Source: Podarcis pityusensis
Lineage: Eukaryota
Assembly: GCA_964106645.2 (NCBI GenBank)
Contig: OZ067042.1
DNA: 64,000 bases
Reading direction: 5' to 3' (one strand)
In this document: positions 25,119-37,915 of the stretch, one piece after another
Layout of the letters: each line of letters starts with the position of its first letter
How positions within the stretch are numbered: the stretch's first letter is position 1
Notes under the pieces: generated by a model
What the model was told of the DNA's origin: nothing
Databases searched by the model: none
What the model saw: only the letters and a program-made list of their open reading frames with translations
Made by a program: the position numbers and the translations under genes

Positions 25119-25566
25119 ATTATTTGTATCCCCCCCTCCCCAGCCGAGGCCGGGCTTAGCATGGCTAACATCATAAATCCGGGCAGGTGGCAATTATTAG
25201 GGTGGAATTGAGTGTGGTTAATACTTGCCAGGACCAACTGTTTCCACTGATCATACAAGGACCTGTGAGCGGGTTGGGGGCCTTCTTCAGGCTTGTTTTA
25301 TACAAAGGAAAGTGAGTCAAACTGCATCCTGCCCAAAGGCCTGGTGGAACAGCTCCGTCTTGCAGGCCCTGCGGAAAGAAGTCAAATCCCGCAGGGCCCT
25401 GGTCTCTTGTGGGAGAGCATTCCATCAGGCTGGGGTCGTGGCCAAAAAGGCTCTGGCTCAAGTTGAGGCCAGTCTAATTTCCCTGGGGCCCAGGATCTTC
25501 AAGATGTTGTTGTTAGCAGACCGTAAGGTTCTCCGTGGGATATACCAGAAGAGGCGGTCCCGTAGG
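25056..25566 (-). mobile_element. L2-type LINE 3' end with (TAG)n(TAA)n microsatellite tail
   Basis: Minus-strand peptide LRDRLFWYIPRRTLRSANNNILKILGP..STxARAF..P.WNALP resembles the L2 ORF2 C-terminus; microsatellite at 25061-25116. Confidence 0.8.
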
Positions 25567-26204
25567 ATGTGGCTCCTCTTCCTTGCCATCACGATATGTT
25601 CATCTGCCACCTCTGAGTGAGCAAGCAGTGACAAGAGCAAGGAAATGAATTTTCATATACCTTTGCCTTTCCCTCTGGATCGGGGGGGGGCATACCTTAT
25701 TCATCCTTCAGAACTCTTGTCTAGGACTCACCACTCTCCCCAGACCCTATACCTCACTCACCTTGCTCTGAGCTTTCACCAGGTCCTTTTGCATGGCCAG
25801 AACGTGTTCTTGAACTGCACTGACACTTGGCTGATGAAGACTAGAGTGGTGTGTGGGTGTGTTGTATCTGACATACGGTCATCAGTCTTTTTAAACCAGT
25901 TTGTGTCTTCATTATGCCACTGTCAATGGATTAAATAATAATTGAGTTCATACAGAGCACTGCTCATTTGCAAGCAGCAGACATCTGCTATGTCCAATGA
26001 ATGGCTGCTGTGAAGATCATAACGTATTATCTGGGCACATTTGGATAACCTGGGGTCAATTCACACATTTCCCAGGAAACAGTTTCTGTAATATTCTAGG
26101 CAGTAAGTTGATCTTATGCGTTTGGCCATCAAATTTGTTTTATGTTCTAGGAAATAAGTAACATTTTGAAATCATTTTTGAAATAAGCAACATTTTGAGT
26201 GTCT

Positions 26205-26297
26205 ATAGGGGTGGAGAGGTGTGTCAGTTTTGTTTTTCTCAGTTCCCCATTCTTCCACTTTTCTATTTGGTTCTCCATATTTCAGAATCAGTTGTTT

Positions 26298-26342
<45 letters not shown>

Positions 26343-26690
26343 TTTAATCAGCATTATAGTATTTATTTCTCCTGATGCACACAATTTGTAAGCAATTTCG
26401 CATAATACACACATTTTTACATGCAGTTTTCTTAATATACTCAATTTTGGGGTGTTACATTCAATAATATAAGCATGTTTATGCAAAACTTTCCCATCGT
26501 CCACATATCTTTGTACACATGTCTTAGCTGGAGACCTGGATTGCATAATTTAGAGACATTACACATTATTCCGTTGGACAACTGCATTGTAACATTTGGA
26601 GAAGTGTTTCAGTTCATTCTTTTCAGGAAGTGTGGATTAGATAGGTTCACATTAAATCCAGAATGAACAGAATTTCTCCCTCATCCTTAA
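26205..26690. repeat. Unclassified interspersed repeat containing an (AT)n(GT)n tract (26297-26339)
   Basis: Inverted similarity to 11385-11765. Confidence 0.5.
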
Positions 26691-27004
26691 TTCTCAGTTG
26701 AAGGTACCTTGCATTCCTGGCTCCTTACACAACAACAAGAACCCCCAGGGCAGGCTGCAACAATTTAAAGTGCAACATTACAAATAATTTTAAACAACCT
26801 GTAATTATAAAAGTAGGCTGGGTCCTAAAAATATCTCCCTCAAGTTCATCTTCAGCATTCATAAAAAAGCTATGTACATAAAGAAATTGCCAGATGCATC
26901 TTTGTGGGGAGTTCAACGGCTTAAGGGCTGTCACAGATAATTCCCTCTCCCAGGCTGCCACAACCCCTGTATCCAAACTTTTGAGGGTGATAGAGGGCTC
27001 CATT

Positions 27005-27759
27005 CAGTGCTGGATTTACGTATAAGCTAAACAAGCTATAGCTTAGGGCCCCACTCTCTTGGGCCTCCCAAAAATTTTTAAAGGAAAAAACAACCTGGAT
27101 GAACATTCCCAAAATATAAGATAAAAAACAAACAAAATAAAACTACATACAGTAGTTAATTCGTTAATTCGTTCTGTGAGTTTTTTCGTCTTGCGAGTTT
27201 TTTCGTCTTGCGAAGCACGGTTTCAATTTTTTCAAAAAAATCTTCAAAAACCTCAAAAAAGGCTACCACACCGCGTGCTATGAGTTGCTCCCCGAAGTCA
27301 AGTCGCAACTGCGCCTCTTCAAGCAATGCACCCTGTATTACTGTAATGGTTTTAAGAAAAAGGAAACAAACTTGCAAGACGTTTCCATCTTGCGAAGCAA
27401 GCCCATAGGGAAATTCATCTCGCGAAGCAACTCAAAAAACGAAAAACTCTTTCGTCTTGAGAGTTTTTCGTCTTGAGAGGCATTCGTCTTGCGAGGTACC
27501 ACTGTACAGTTAGAGGTTAATAATTATTTCACTATACTTTTTCTTAATTGTATTTCAGTTCAACAATTGCTTTGATAAAATACTTATTTTGTTATGTTCA
27601 AACAGCTTTAGATACCTGTTAGGTCCATAAATTACCATATAGCATATATTCAACACAAAAAACAGTGACAATTTGTTGTTGACAAAGGACAGCTGGACAT
27701 ATAAAGGGCCCTGTTACCTTCAGTAGCTGAGGGCCTCATCAAACCTAAATCTGGCCCTG
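27005..27759. mobile_element. hAT-like non-autonomous element hosting a mariner MITE
   Basis: TIRs CAGTGCTGGATTTA / TAAATCTGGCCCTG; TSD GCTCCATT / GCTCCACC. Confidence 0.75.
27150..27504 (-). mobile_element. Tc1/mariner family C internal-deletion derivative (355 bp)
   Basis: Reverse complement matches both ends of 34373-35241; TA flanks; one TIR is collapsed. Confidence 0.88.
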
Positions 27760-27769
27760 GCTCCACCTG

Positions 27770-27960
27770 CAGTTCTTGAGAGGGTTTGAAGGGAAGGAGG
27801 CAGTGTTTCAGATATTTGGAGCCTACGTTGTTTAAAAACTAACACGAGCATCTTGAATTAAGCCTGGAAACAAACTGGCAACTAATGTAGCTGTTTAAAA
27901 ACAGGAATTATGAGTTCTAGATGGAACCCCGGGCAGTAATCTGGTTGCTGTATTGTGGGA
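27770..27960 (-). mobile_element. Degenerate L2-like fragment
   Basis: AGCATCTTGAATTAAGCCTGGAAACAAACTGGCAACTAATGTAG reads as an L2 LHxLPVCFQAxFK-type segment on the minus strand. Confidence 0.55.
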
Positions 27961-29001
27961 AATCTGACATGCACATGACACACTTCAGTTTACTGCATCA
28001 CCTACCTTTAGCACAATGTTGGGGGCACTATTGTGTACTGTTTCCATAACACTGGCCCTCTCATTGCCATGTGATGCTCGTCAAGAGTGCTCTGAGCGAT
28101 TTGAAGCCGTTTCTACCTACACAAGCACATTCTGAAGTGGGCTTTTGACTGTGAGTGGATTGTGCTGTGAATATATTGGGCTGAGTACATTGTAGATAAA
28201 TTCTCCTGCAGCTATATTTTCTGAGTCAAACACAACAGTGCATCAATACACGTATAGGACATAAAAGCAATACAGGTGCCAGATACAATTATAATACAAT
28301 ATGCCTTGATTACCATCTGGTTGGTTTTAATTAATTTTCTTAATTGGAGAGCAATGCATTTTCTAATTACACATGAAAACACTACCAGTTAATTCCAGGT
28401 CTTTATCTCTTACACAAACTCTCCTTTAAGATTCACAGTCTGGCTCGTTTTAACAACCCATGTCTCAGTGGACAAGGCTGTTTGGCAAACTCTTGACAAT
28501 TACTCAAACTAATCACATGTGAAGGAACATTCCAATTTTGTAACTTGGGTACCATAAAAAATGAAATGTGGGTAATTTAGGCCATCCAAATAGCAGGATG
28601 AAACCTCAGCTAGAAATGTAATTATAAAACAATAGAGATATAGCTTGAGTCAAATTAAAAGTGAAACATCCTTTCTTAACAAATGCTACCAAGATGAGAG
28701 CAATGACCACTGAAATGGGAATTAATTTTCTCCACTTTTTTTTTAAAAAAGAGAGAAAATAATAATCTGTGATCTCACATCAACCTTTCAGTGAGCTATA
28801 TAACAAAACTTTTAACTTTTACACCAGAGGCCCCAAGAAAACCCACAGCTGTAGCCCCATTGAGATTAGTCTGCTGTAGTTCAGTAGAAAAGCTCTGCTT
28901 TATATGCAGAAAGTCCTAGGTTCAATAAGTGGCATCTTTAGGTAGGAGTCATGTCCAGCCACAGATGTGAGCATGGGACATGCAGAGAGTATCATTGCAT
29001 C

Positions 29002-29540
29002 ATTGTTTAATTCAGACTGAAATGGAGTATGCCTGAATGTGTATTACTGAAGGCTTTCACATTTTCCATGGGGTTATATTAAGCTCTCTGAGCTCCTAGA
29101 AGGGTTGATAATTAACTGTTGCTGTAACTACCACACTGTCATGTGGTGTTTAACCTTAGATCACATGGGAGGCTATTGAATTGCAAATCACCATATTGGG
29201 GAGTTGGTGTTTGATCTTTTGTTCCATGGGAGAAAGATGTGATAAGATGCTTTCCAGGAGCTCAACAGCCTTGGTGCTGGAATGCAGGCTAATGAAGCCT
29301 GTGTGTGAGAGAGATGTCAGTCTGCTCTGATTAAATGTTATTTTATATCCAAGAAGATAAGCCTGTGCTGGACATGCACATGATCTTATGGAACTGTTCG
29401 GATATATCATTTACTGCTTTTTGTTCTGTTTTGAATAAAGTTCTGCAAGTAAAGTTTGAATCAAACTTATGGGTCTGGACAATGTTTTGTCTCCAAAAGG
29501 AGTCAGTTTTGTGCTTCATGCTGCACAAATTACTATCTGT
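29002..29540 (+). repeat. Copy 2 of the diverged ~530-bp duplication
   Basis: Six colinear near-exact blocks shared with 17616-18388. Confidence 0.85.
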
Positions 29541-31399
29541 ATAGAGAGTGTACACAGAGGCTTGCCATTGCCTGTCTGGTTGGGTACAGTTGTGAGGCTC
29601 TGGATCGGGAGCCATCAAAGGTCATGGATGCACATCTGAGCAGCCCCACCAAGACATCAACCCAAACCTTGATGGTTGGTGGGGGCAAGGCCTGGATGGA
29701 CTAAAGCCCCCCCCCACCTGAATGTGCATGCACACATGGTGGCGTGACTTGAGCAAGCAGAAGTGCTTTATGCTGTGGCAAAGGTATCATTGGATGCAAC
29801 ACTATGTACTGCTTTCCAGAAAACATGATGCATTTGTGTGCTGAATTCATCCAATACCCATCCAATCCAGTACTGGGGGGAAAGAGGAGGAGATAAAAGG
29901 GCCCAACCCCATCTCACCATCCTGTTTGATGGGTGCAACCAGGAGCTTACCCCTATTGATGCACCGGATTGTGTATGAACAGGGTCGGCCCTGTATAATT
30001 TGGGTTCTAAATTATGTAGGGAGTCTATACAGCAGGTTCCCTGTTGCAGAAGTTTGGTCTGCAAAGGGCTGTGAAGCCAGGCATGGCATCAACAATCTTG
30101 AGGGTGGTCTCATTCCTTCTCTCCCTCCTCACCTGATCACCACCAGAAGAGCTAAAAGCAATTGAGGTAGGTAGGTGAGGAATATTTTTCAGTATTAGAC
30201 CCTGATGTTCATTAATCCATAGACCAGGATTTATTATGTGCTTCACAGTTTGTTTCTGAAGCAATAAATCATTGCTTCATATATATTTGCAAAGGTTTTT
30301 GTGAACTGATGTAATCTGAAATAATATTGGCTGTACTTAGATAATGAAATGTGCTTCTTTGCTTACAGCAAGTTTATGGTGAGTGACCTTTTTGCATTGA
30401 AAATAAAAATACAAGAAAAATATACACTGCAAGACAGACTCGCACACATTTAAAATAGAAATAAGACTGCACTGATGTTTCTATCCTATTTCCTGTTTGA
30501 AAGCTTGCATTTCTCCATGGATATCTTAATTTTCCATACTTTTGAGAAGCTGAATAGATTTAGCTTTGAGAAGTTTAATCAAAAGAAAGTGACACTTCAC
30601 TTGACTCCCAACTTTTTTTGTATTACTTTTAGATTGTAAAACATTTCATTATTCAAAGCCTTAGCTGTGTTTCCATTCACCATAAACCCTAATCCCAGTA
30701 ACTGCTTTCCGCCTCCCACAAGATCTAAAATGGCACATTCTAAAGGTGTTAAAGTGTCAAAAAGAACCCTAGAGTGAGGAATGAAAACTATTTAAAAACA
30801 CATCATTTAGGTCATGGAAAATAACTGATTTCTCTCCACACAAACCAGCCAATGAGATGAAAATGTTTTCTATTTTGAGTTTATGCAGCTCTTCTCAAGC
30901 TTATTCCAGACTTGTCTGGCTCCTGGAAGTGTTTAAACAAACGTCAGTGTGGGTCAGTATGAATAAATTCCAGATGTAACTATATTTTTTACCCAGCCTG
31001 GAGTCCCTGCTTTCCTTCCAGAACTTGGTAACCACTAGGGTGACCAAAAAAGAGGATTCTCATCACCAGAAAAAAGTACAAAAGAGAACACAATGTTGCA
31101 TTAAATTTGCATATTGTGATGTACATGTATAGATGCACATTTATAAATAAGGATTATAATTTAAGTAGAAATATGCATCTCACCACAGTGAGGACAACTA
31201 ACAAGATGACTGGTCTGCTCAGTGTGCTAACCATGTGCTGCTAGATGTTGATGGGCAGCTTCAAGGCTCCTTCTACTAGTAGAAGCTGTCCATTATTTCA
31301 GACAGAATTTTCTCCCAGCCCTACTGGGACCTTCGGCATGCAAAGCAGCTCCTTAACCAGGGATTTTAGCTTCTTTAAATTTTAAATTATTGTTCATCT

Positions 31400-31690
31400 C
31401 AGAAGAAAAAGCTATCAAAACTCTGGCGCTTTTCATGGAAAAAGAATGGAAGATGCGTAAAGGGAAGGGGTGTTCCCCCCCCAAAAAAAAATCAAGATGG
31501 AAAACCATGGCAAATACATCTGGAAATGGGAATGGAAGACACAGAACTGGATGCAAATTAATGAATGCATAACAAGAAAAGAACTATGGAATATTATCTC
31601 AGTATACGATTGCAGTGGAGAAAGCCTTCTGTGGACAAAGAGGGAAAGACTTATTGTTTAATATGGAGGTTGTTGAAGTTATTGGAGGCA
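31400..31690 (+). mobile_element. Degenerate L1-like 3' end
   Basis: A/G-rich, with ..FMEKEWK.. resembling the L1 ORF2 terminus; no TSD found. Confidence 0.4.
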
Positions 31691-31710
31691 AAGTTGATCG
31701 TCACAGAGTC

Positions 31711-31874
31711 CCATTGTGTCAGAAGTGGTTTAGTCATGCTGGTCACATGACTTGGAAAGCTATCTGTGGACAAACACCGGCTCCCTCAGCTTGAAGCGAG
31801 ATAAGTGCCACACCCCATAGTCACCTTTGACTGGACTTAACAGTCTAGGGATTCTTTACCTTTACCTATTACCT
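31711..31874 (+). mobile_element. Sauria SINE 3' part
   Basis: TAGTCATGCTGGTCACATGAC..CTGGACTTAA..TTTACCTTTACC. Confidence 0.85.
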
Positions 31875-33761
31875 TGCAATGCACTGTGGCCAGACAACAA
31901 AACACACAATTTCACCTAACTGCAGTGTTTATTGTATATTGATTGATCGATCATCCTGGGGTGATAAATAAGTACATTAAATCTTCACTTTCATTCAGCA
32001 AGCAATAATTGCTTTAATGGTTCTCTTGTTCAAATCAATGTGGAAGACATCTTCAAAACATTTTCCCTCACATATGCCTACTGAAGGCATAAGATTTAGA
32101 CCACAAGCATCAAATTGGTGTGCTGAATGAGTCTTACAGGGAAAATTAGGAACATTTCAGTAACACGACTACACAACCTAGATTTCTCAAAATGCTAATA
32201 GGCAGTAGCCTTCAGGTGTGTTTGTGTGTGTGTATGAAATTTTGATTGAAAGTTCATTTGCCTTTAAGTTAACTAAAAAAACTCAACAACACAAAAAGTT
32301 CACTCCACAGGCTCGTTAACATGGATTCACCATGAGGTACTTTGAGTTCCTTTGGGCTTCTCCAGGGAGGAAAAAGCTGAATATAAACAATAAGTGAAAT
32401 GAAATGAAATGAAATGAAAGGTTGATGGAAGAAGTAAACAGAACCATCCCTCAAAAGCTGCATGACTGTAGACCACCAATCAAATAGATATAACAATGTG
32501 ATTTGATGGATACAATTGAAACATTGTATAGGTTTGCATTTATAATAACAATATTTGTGAAACATCATATTGTTGAGGTGTAAAATAAGGATTATGAACT
32601 TTTTTGTGCTATACATGTATTTTACGTGCCAATTATTAGCTCTCTCCCTGGGAAGGCAATTTTTGAGGGGTAAAAATTACCAGGAACCTTCTTATTTTGT
32701 ACTAAGCTGATTATGTGTCGAAGAACGTTGCAAATGGTAAGAGGAGAGAAACTTAGCGGACACATACACATGCACACATTCTCTGCTATTTTACAATATG
32801 GTAGGGAACCAGAGGTGACCTACTTTTCGGGGGGGGGGGTCTCGAAGCACAGAAAATCTTTAATGATTTATGGATTGTAGCTGGTGAACTTGTTTTCTGG
32901 ATGTATCGTCAACTGAACAAAATCAACTTACCTTTCAGACAGTAAAACCATAAGCTGTGCATTTTATGTGGGCATGTAACTCATCTTTTAGCATTAATGA
33001 TGCATCAAGGGCAGCACGCAGAAGCATTCGTGGCAGAATAGCTCCCTGTGGACGACCCCTCTAGAGGACTGATGCAGGATTCTTCTATTTCTAACAGCAT
33101 TCCAAAGTGTGTGGGTTTTTTTAAGGAAAAGCAGAGCTTTTCAATAAGAGGCGAGCTCTGTCTATCTACCCTTATCCTAACGGTGTTTAAGGTCACCAAC
33201 TTTTTAATATTTTGCTGCTAGCCTATTAAACTATCCTCCATCTTAAAGAGAAACTATGACATGCAAGGGCAATTCAAAGGTATGATGACGAGCCGGGATA
33301 ATAGGTCTTGTACATATTTTTCCGCAGGGTGTTTCCAGATGGGGGTTTCTTGTAGGATCTATGCACCAGGGCTATCTTAGCTGGGGGGGGGAACCTTCCC
33401 TCCCCCCAGCTGAGTGGCGCAAACGAGCTGCATTGCCCCAGCCTGTGAGCCTGAGTGAAACCACCTCTGCTCTCGAGGTGAGAGCTGGGGCAGTTTCACC
33501 TGGTGTCTCGCATCTTGTTTCTTCAACATTGCGGTATATCGCCAAACCGCGATGTTTGGTTCGCGATACACTGCAATCTTGAAAAGCTGATATTGCCCAG
33601 CCCTAAATACTACCCACCCACTGGTCTGGAAATGCCTTCAGTCTCTCATCTTTATATGTTGCTTGATTTACTGGTTCATAATCCACCTCACTTAAAAAAA
33701 AAAATTTTTTTTTAGTAGAAATTAGAATCTGCTAAAGAAGTAATTACATCTGTAGGGTTTT

Positions 33762-34339
33762 ATTTTGTTTTTTTTAAAATAATTTTTTATTAAGGTTTTA
33801 AACAAAGAAAAAAGAAAAACAACACACACAAAAAACAATACAAAACTTAACAATAAAAACACAAAACATAACAATTAAAAACAAACTCTCTTTTCCATTT
33901 CCAATTTTAAATTACTTATTTTCTGGACTTCCTCATACCTCCCTCTTTTGTATTCCAATTCACATTATTTGTCCAGCAGTTTCTTTTCCACTTTTTTAAT
34001 CCCAATCTTTAATTTAATCAAATGTTAAAATATATAACTTCAATTTTTTTTAAACCTAATCCTTGCTCTTAATGTCATATAGCTTTAAATTTTCCCTTTT
34101 ATTATCAAATTTCCATTTCTTTAAACATCTTTAATCTTAATCTTTAATCTTAATCTATCCTTAACTTTAACCTGTACAGCTGGAAACCACTTATTTTCAA
34201 TCCAACATCACTCTAACATTCCTTAATTTTGCAGTGTTTCTGAAGATAGTCTTTGAATTTCTTCCAGTCTTCCTCCACCGACTCTTCTCCCTGGTCACGG
34301 ATTCTGCCAGTCATTTCCGCCAATTCCATATAGTCCATA
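33762..34339 (-). mobile_element. L1-clade LINE 3' end, sister subfamily of 19215-19760
   Basis: Minus strand encodes MDYMELAEMTGRIRDQGEESVEEDWKKFKDYLQKHCKIKEC*; poly(T) and TTTATT on plus; 11-bp TSD TGTAGGGTTTT at 33751-33761 and 34340-34350. Confidence 0.92.
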
Positions 34340-34372
34340 TGTAGGGTTTTGTTTCATGCACAAACATTTGTA

Positions 34373-35241
34373 CAGTGGTGCCCCGCAAGACGAATGCCTC
34401 GCAAGACGAAAAACTTGCTAGACGAAAGGGTTTTGCGTTTTTTGAGCTGCTTCGCAAGACGAATTTCCCTATGGGCTTGCTTCGCAAGACAAAAAACGAA
34501 AACGTCTTGCAAGTTTGTTTCCTTTTTCTTAACACCGTTAATACAGTTGCGACTTGACTTCGAGGAGCAACTCATAGAACGAGGTGTGGTAGCCTTTTTT
34601 GAGGTTTTTGAAGACTTTGGTGATTTTTGAAGCTTTTCCAAAATTTCTTTTGCAGCCATTTGGTAAGTTAAACTTTTAAAACTTTTTTGGGGGGGGTTTG
34701 GATTTTGGGTTGAGATGTTTGGAATTCAAGGACTTGGTGTTGGGGAGGGGTTTGCAAGAATCTGGAAGCTTGTGTGTTTTTCCCCCTGCATTTTTATGAT
34801 TTTCTGTGACCATTGGGCCACTCTGCTGTTTTTTTTTAAAAAATCTGGATTTGAATTTCTGTGTGGTGGGTGGCTGGGGAGGGGGTTCTTCAGCAAGAAG
34901 CAAAGAGTGGAAGAGGAACCTTCTTCGAGTTGTCCCCCAGAGTCTTAGAAAATGTACTGTACACTTTGTTGATTTTTAAATGTTTTTCTGTCACGTTTAG
35001 AAACTTAATTTATTGTTCCTTCAATTTTTGAAATGCTCTTTACAGTATGTGTGACTTTAAAGAGCACTTAATAAACTCTTGTTGTACCAAATTTGGCTTT
35101 GTTTGGACTTTTTTTGACCATAGGAACGCATTAATTGAATTTCAATGCATTCCTATGGGATTTCATGCTTCGCAAGACGAAAAATTCGCTAGACGAAAAA
35201 ACTCGTGGAACGAATTAATTTCGTCTTGCGAGGCACCACTG
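34373..35241 (+). mobile_element. Tc1/mariner non-autonomous element family C (869 bp)
   Basis: TIRs CAGTGGTGCCCCGCAAGACGAA / TTCGTCTTGCGAGGCACCACTG, TA flanks, repeated subterminal GCAAGACGAA. Confidence 0.92.
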
Positions 35242-35769
35242 TATTATCTTCAGAAAGTTGCTTTCTGCCTCATTGGTCTCCTTGTGTTACATCAAGAAAT
35301 CCTATTAATATTTAGCCTCTTAGCAGTATCTTGGATAGATCCTACATCCCCTAAAAGGATTGGCAGATCGGTGAAAAAGCGAGTATTCAGAGCAGCATCT
35401 GCTGCTCCTGACAACAGAGGAATTTGTGATTAAACAGTTAGCTTTGCTAAAACCAGAGACATTTATTGTAACAAGCAGTATTAACCGACACAATCTGATT
35501 ATTATTATGATAAGTGAGACCTTTAACAAAATGTAGTGCAGAAAATGCTGCTATTTAGGATTCCAGCCAGCTATCAATGCCCTTGAGGGGTCCCGATGGT
35601 GAGGGGGCTCCTTCCTTCCATTTTTTATTTCAGTTGAGAAAAGGCTGGGTGGTAGGGAGAGAACAATGCACGAATGTATCCAGCAGAGGGTGAGAGCCTG
35701 TGCAGTGAAGTGTTTGGCCAGATGTCCTCAGAATGAGAGCTTGAAGTTGGCAGAAAGCTGAACTTCCCT

Positions 35770-35960
35770 GGGTGTGAGTGCATGTCTGGATGGGTCCTGT
35801 GTGCTTTCCACTGTTCATAGCAGTAGACTATGGGGTTTACTACTGCTGTACTGTCCACCCTGCTGCCCAGTGGAACTGGTAGTGGTTTCGAGTGATGTGC
35901 TGAAGGAACGTGTAGAATGATATTTTTGGGTGATTTCAACATCCATGCTGTCCTATCCAC
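35770..35960 (+). mobile_element. Degenerate L2/CR1-like endonuclease fragment
   Basis: YCPP (YRPP-like) and LGDFNIH motifs. Confidence 0.55.
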
Positions 35961-36177
35961 ACCATTGGTCTGACACATAGGGCAGCATATATTCTTCATT
36001 TGGTATTTGCTCCAGATTGAGGAAGGTGTGGTCTGGAAATTGTGTGTGTATGTATGTATGTATGTATGTGTGTGTACCATCCCTCTGTCATAATCAGACA
36101 ATGTCCTGGAGAAGTTTGGGCTTAAAGCCTGCCTGTCTGCAGGGGTGGTACACCAGGGGTGGTACACCAGTCTACGC

Positions 36178-36313
36178 CAGGCATAGGCAAACTCAGCCCT
36201 CCAGATATTTTGGGACCACAACTCCCATCATCCCTAGCTAACAGGACCAGTGGTCAGGGATGATGGGAATTGTAGTCCCAAAACATCTGGAGGGCCAAGT
36301 TTGCCTATGCCTG
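36178..36313. mobile_element. hAT MITE, 136 bp, almost fully palindromic
   Basis: TIR CAGGCATAGGCAAACT / AGTTTGCCTATGCCTG; TSD GTCTACGC / GTCTACCC. Confidence 0.92.
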
Positions 36314-37915
36314 GTCTACCCCAACATTTTCTCCAAGGCCTGCAGACATTACTCCAGGCAAAGGAGTATTAGACCCTTCAGAACCCACTGGAGAACAGAC
36401 AATGTGCTTGTGGTGATGTTAGCCAACCACATGTTTACTCCACTGTTGTTTCTCTTGAATTATTAAAGCTTGCTGAGGGAGTATGACTGAGTGAATCCAG
36501 GGTGTGGTTAGTGCATCCTTGTGGGAAGCAGTGGTCCCAATAGTCTTGAAAAAGGGCACCGGAGTTCCCAGGGGAGAGGGAATGGCTCTTAAACCACTCT
36601 GGGAACAGCAGCTTTGTGAGAAGGAATAGAGGTCTCCTAACAACTCTCAGCAGTCTTAAACTGCAGCTCCCAAGCTTATTTGTGGGAAGCTATGACTGTT
36701 AAAAATTTATAGTGCAGATGGGGTCTTTGATTAAATGAATATGAAGCTGAATAAGATGTCTGTTTTGTCTCCCCCCTGACCACAACCAGGCAATACTCTG
36801 TTGGACTCATGGCCTTCTCTCATGCCACTACTACAGAGACAACAGTGTTTTATATGTTGTACTACTCTTGCCTTCTGATAATGACCTATGTTTGGTTTGC
36901 AAATCTTAATTTGCAAATCTTAATTTTAGCAGGATTTTATTTTCATTGGTTGGTTGTAGCCTAGCACTTGAGTTTCTTGAGTTTTGCTTTTTTAAAAGAT
37001 TCTAGAGCTATTACTATTACTATTATTATTAATTATTAAGAATGCACAGGGAGGAGGCAAGCAATTCTATCTGAAGTTACATTGGTTCTACGAATTAATG
37101 TTTCATGTGTTCCTTAATATCTGTTTAAGGGCCTCACAAACGCTAACCTTTTCCTTTCGTGAACAACAGATGGCGGTATTACATAAGATGATACATGATG
37201 TATTACTCCAAGCATAATTAAAAGCTCAGGGACAAGTTGTCCCTCTTTCATCATTTGAATAGGTCAATGACCAATTCATCATATTAAATTGCATTTTTAA
37301 TAAAACAGGCCTGGACACCTAGTAGAGAATGTGGGTGGCGGTAAGGCACATAATATATTTAGTGCGTGAGGCATGTACATTAGGAAATTTAATCAAAACA
37401 AATAGTTTTGGTTTCACTAAATCCTATGCTTCTCTCAGTGAGATACTAAATGCAGTCTACATCTAAATGGGCTTGCACCAAGAGATATAAACATCCAGGG
37501 GAGCTTTCAGACTGTCAATTCAAGTTGCACAGTTATAGCTGAATGTGGGGGGCTTGCACAACAAGTCTGCTGTCTCAAAATATTGTTTGCCTTTGCTTTG
37601 GGTCAGTAAGGCAGAGAAAGGCCTCCTTATCATGCTTTAGTTATACATCTTAGGTAAATAGGTGGCTCTACTGCCAAATCAACCAAACACCACTGGGCTC
37701 CACCATATGACCCAGGCACCTTTTTAAACCATGTGCCAGTAGGAAAGAGAACTTGTGTTTACAACAGTCGATACTAGCCCACTTTCAAAATGGGGTTGAA
37801 TTTTGTTATGCTGACTATCCTGAGAGCAGGGGCGTGAGGGGTGGGGGGCAGTCCACCACAGGTGCTACCCGGGCTGTGTGTGACAATATGGCCTGCTGCC
37901 TTCCCCCCAGCTGTA

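Noticed and set aside
28872-28945. tRNA-like sequence
   Set aside because: Degenerate SINE head with no complete cloverleaf; the same applies to the SINE heads at 600-675 and 47130-47201
34380-34510. Regularly spaced GCAAGACGAA repeats resembling a CRISPR/iteron array
   Set aside because: Subterminal repeats of a TA-flanked DNA transposon; 10-bp units, no cas genes, eukaryotic context
35625-36221. 198-aa ORF
   Set aside because: Runs across a MITE, a (TATG)n tract and antisense L2 remnants
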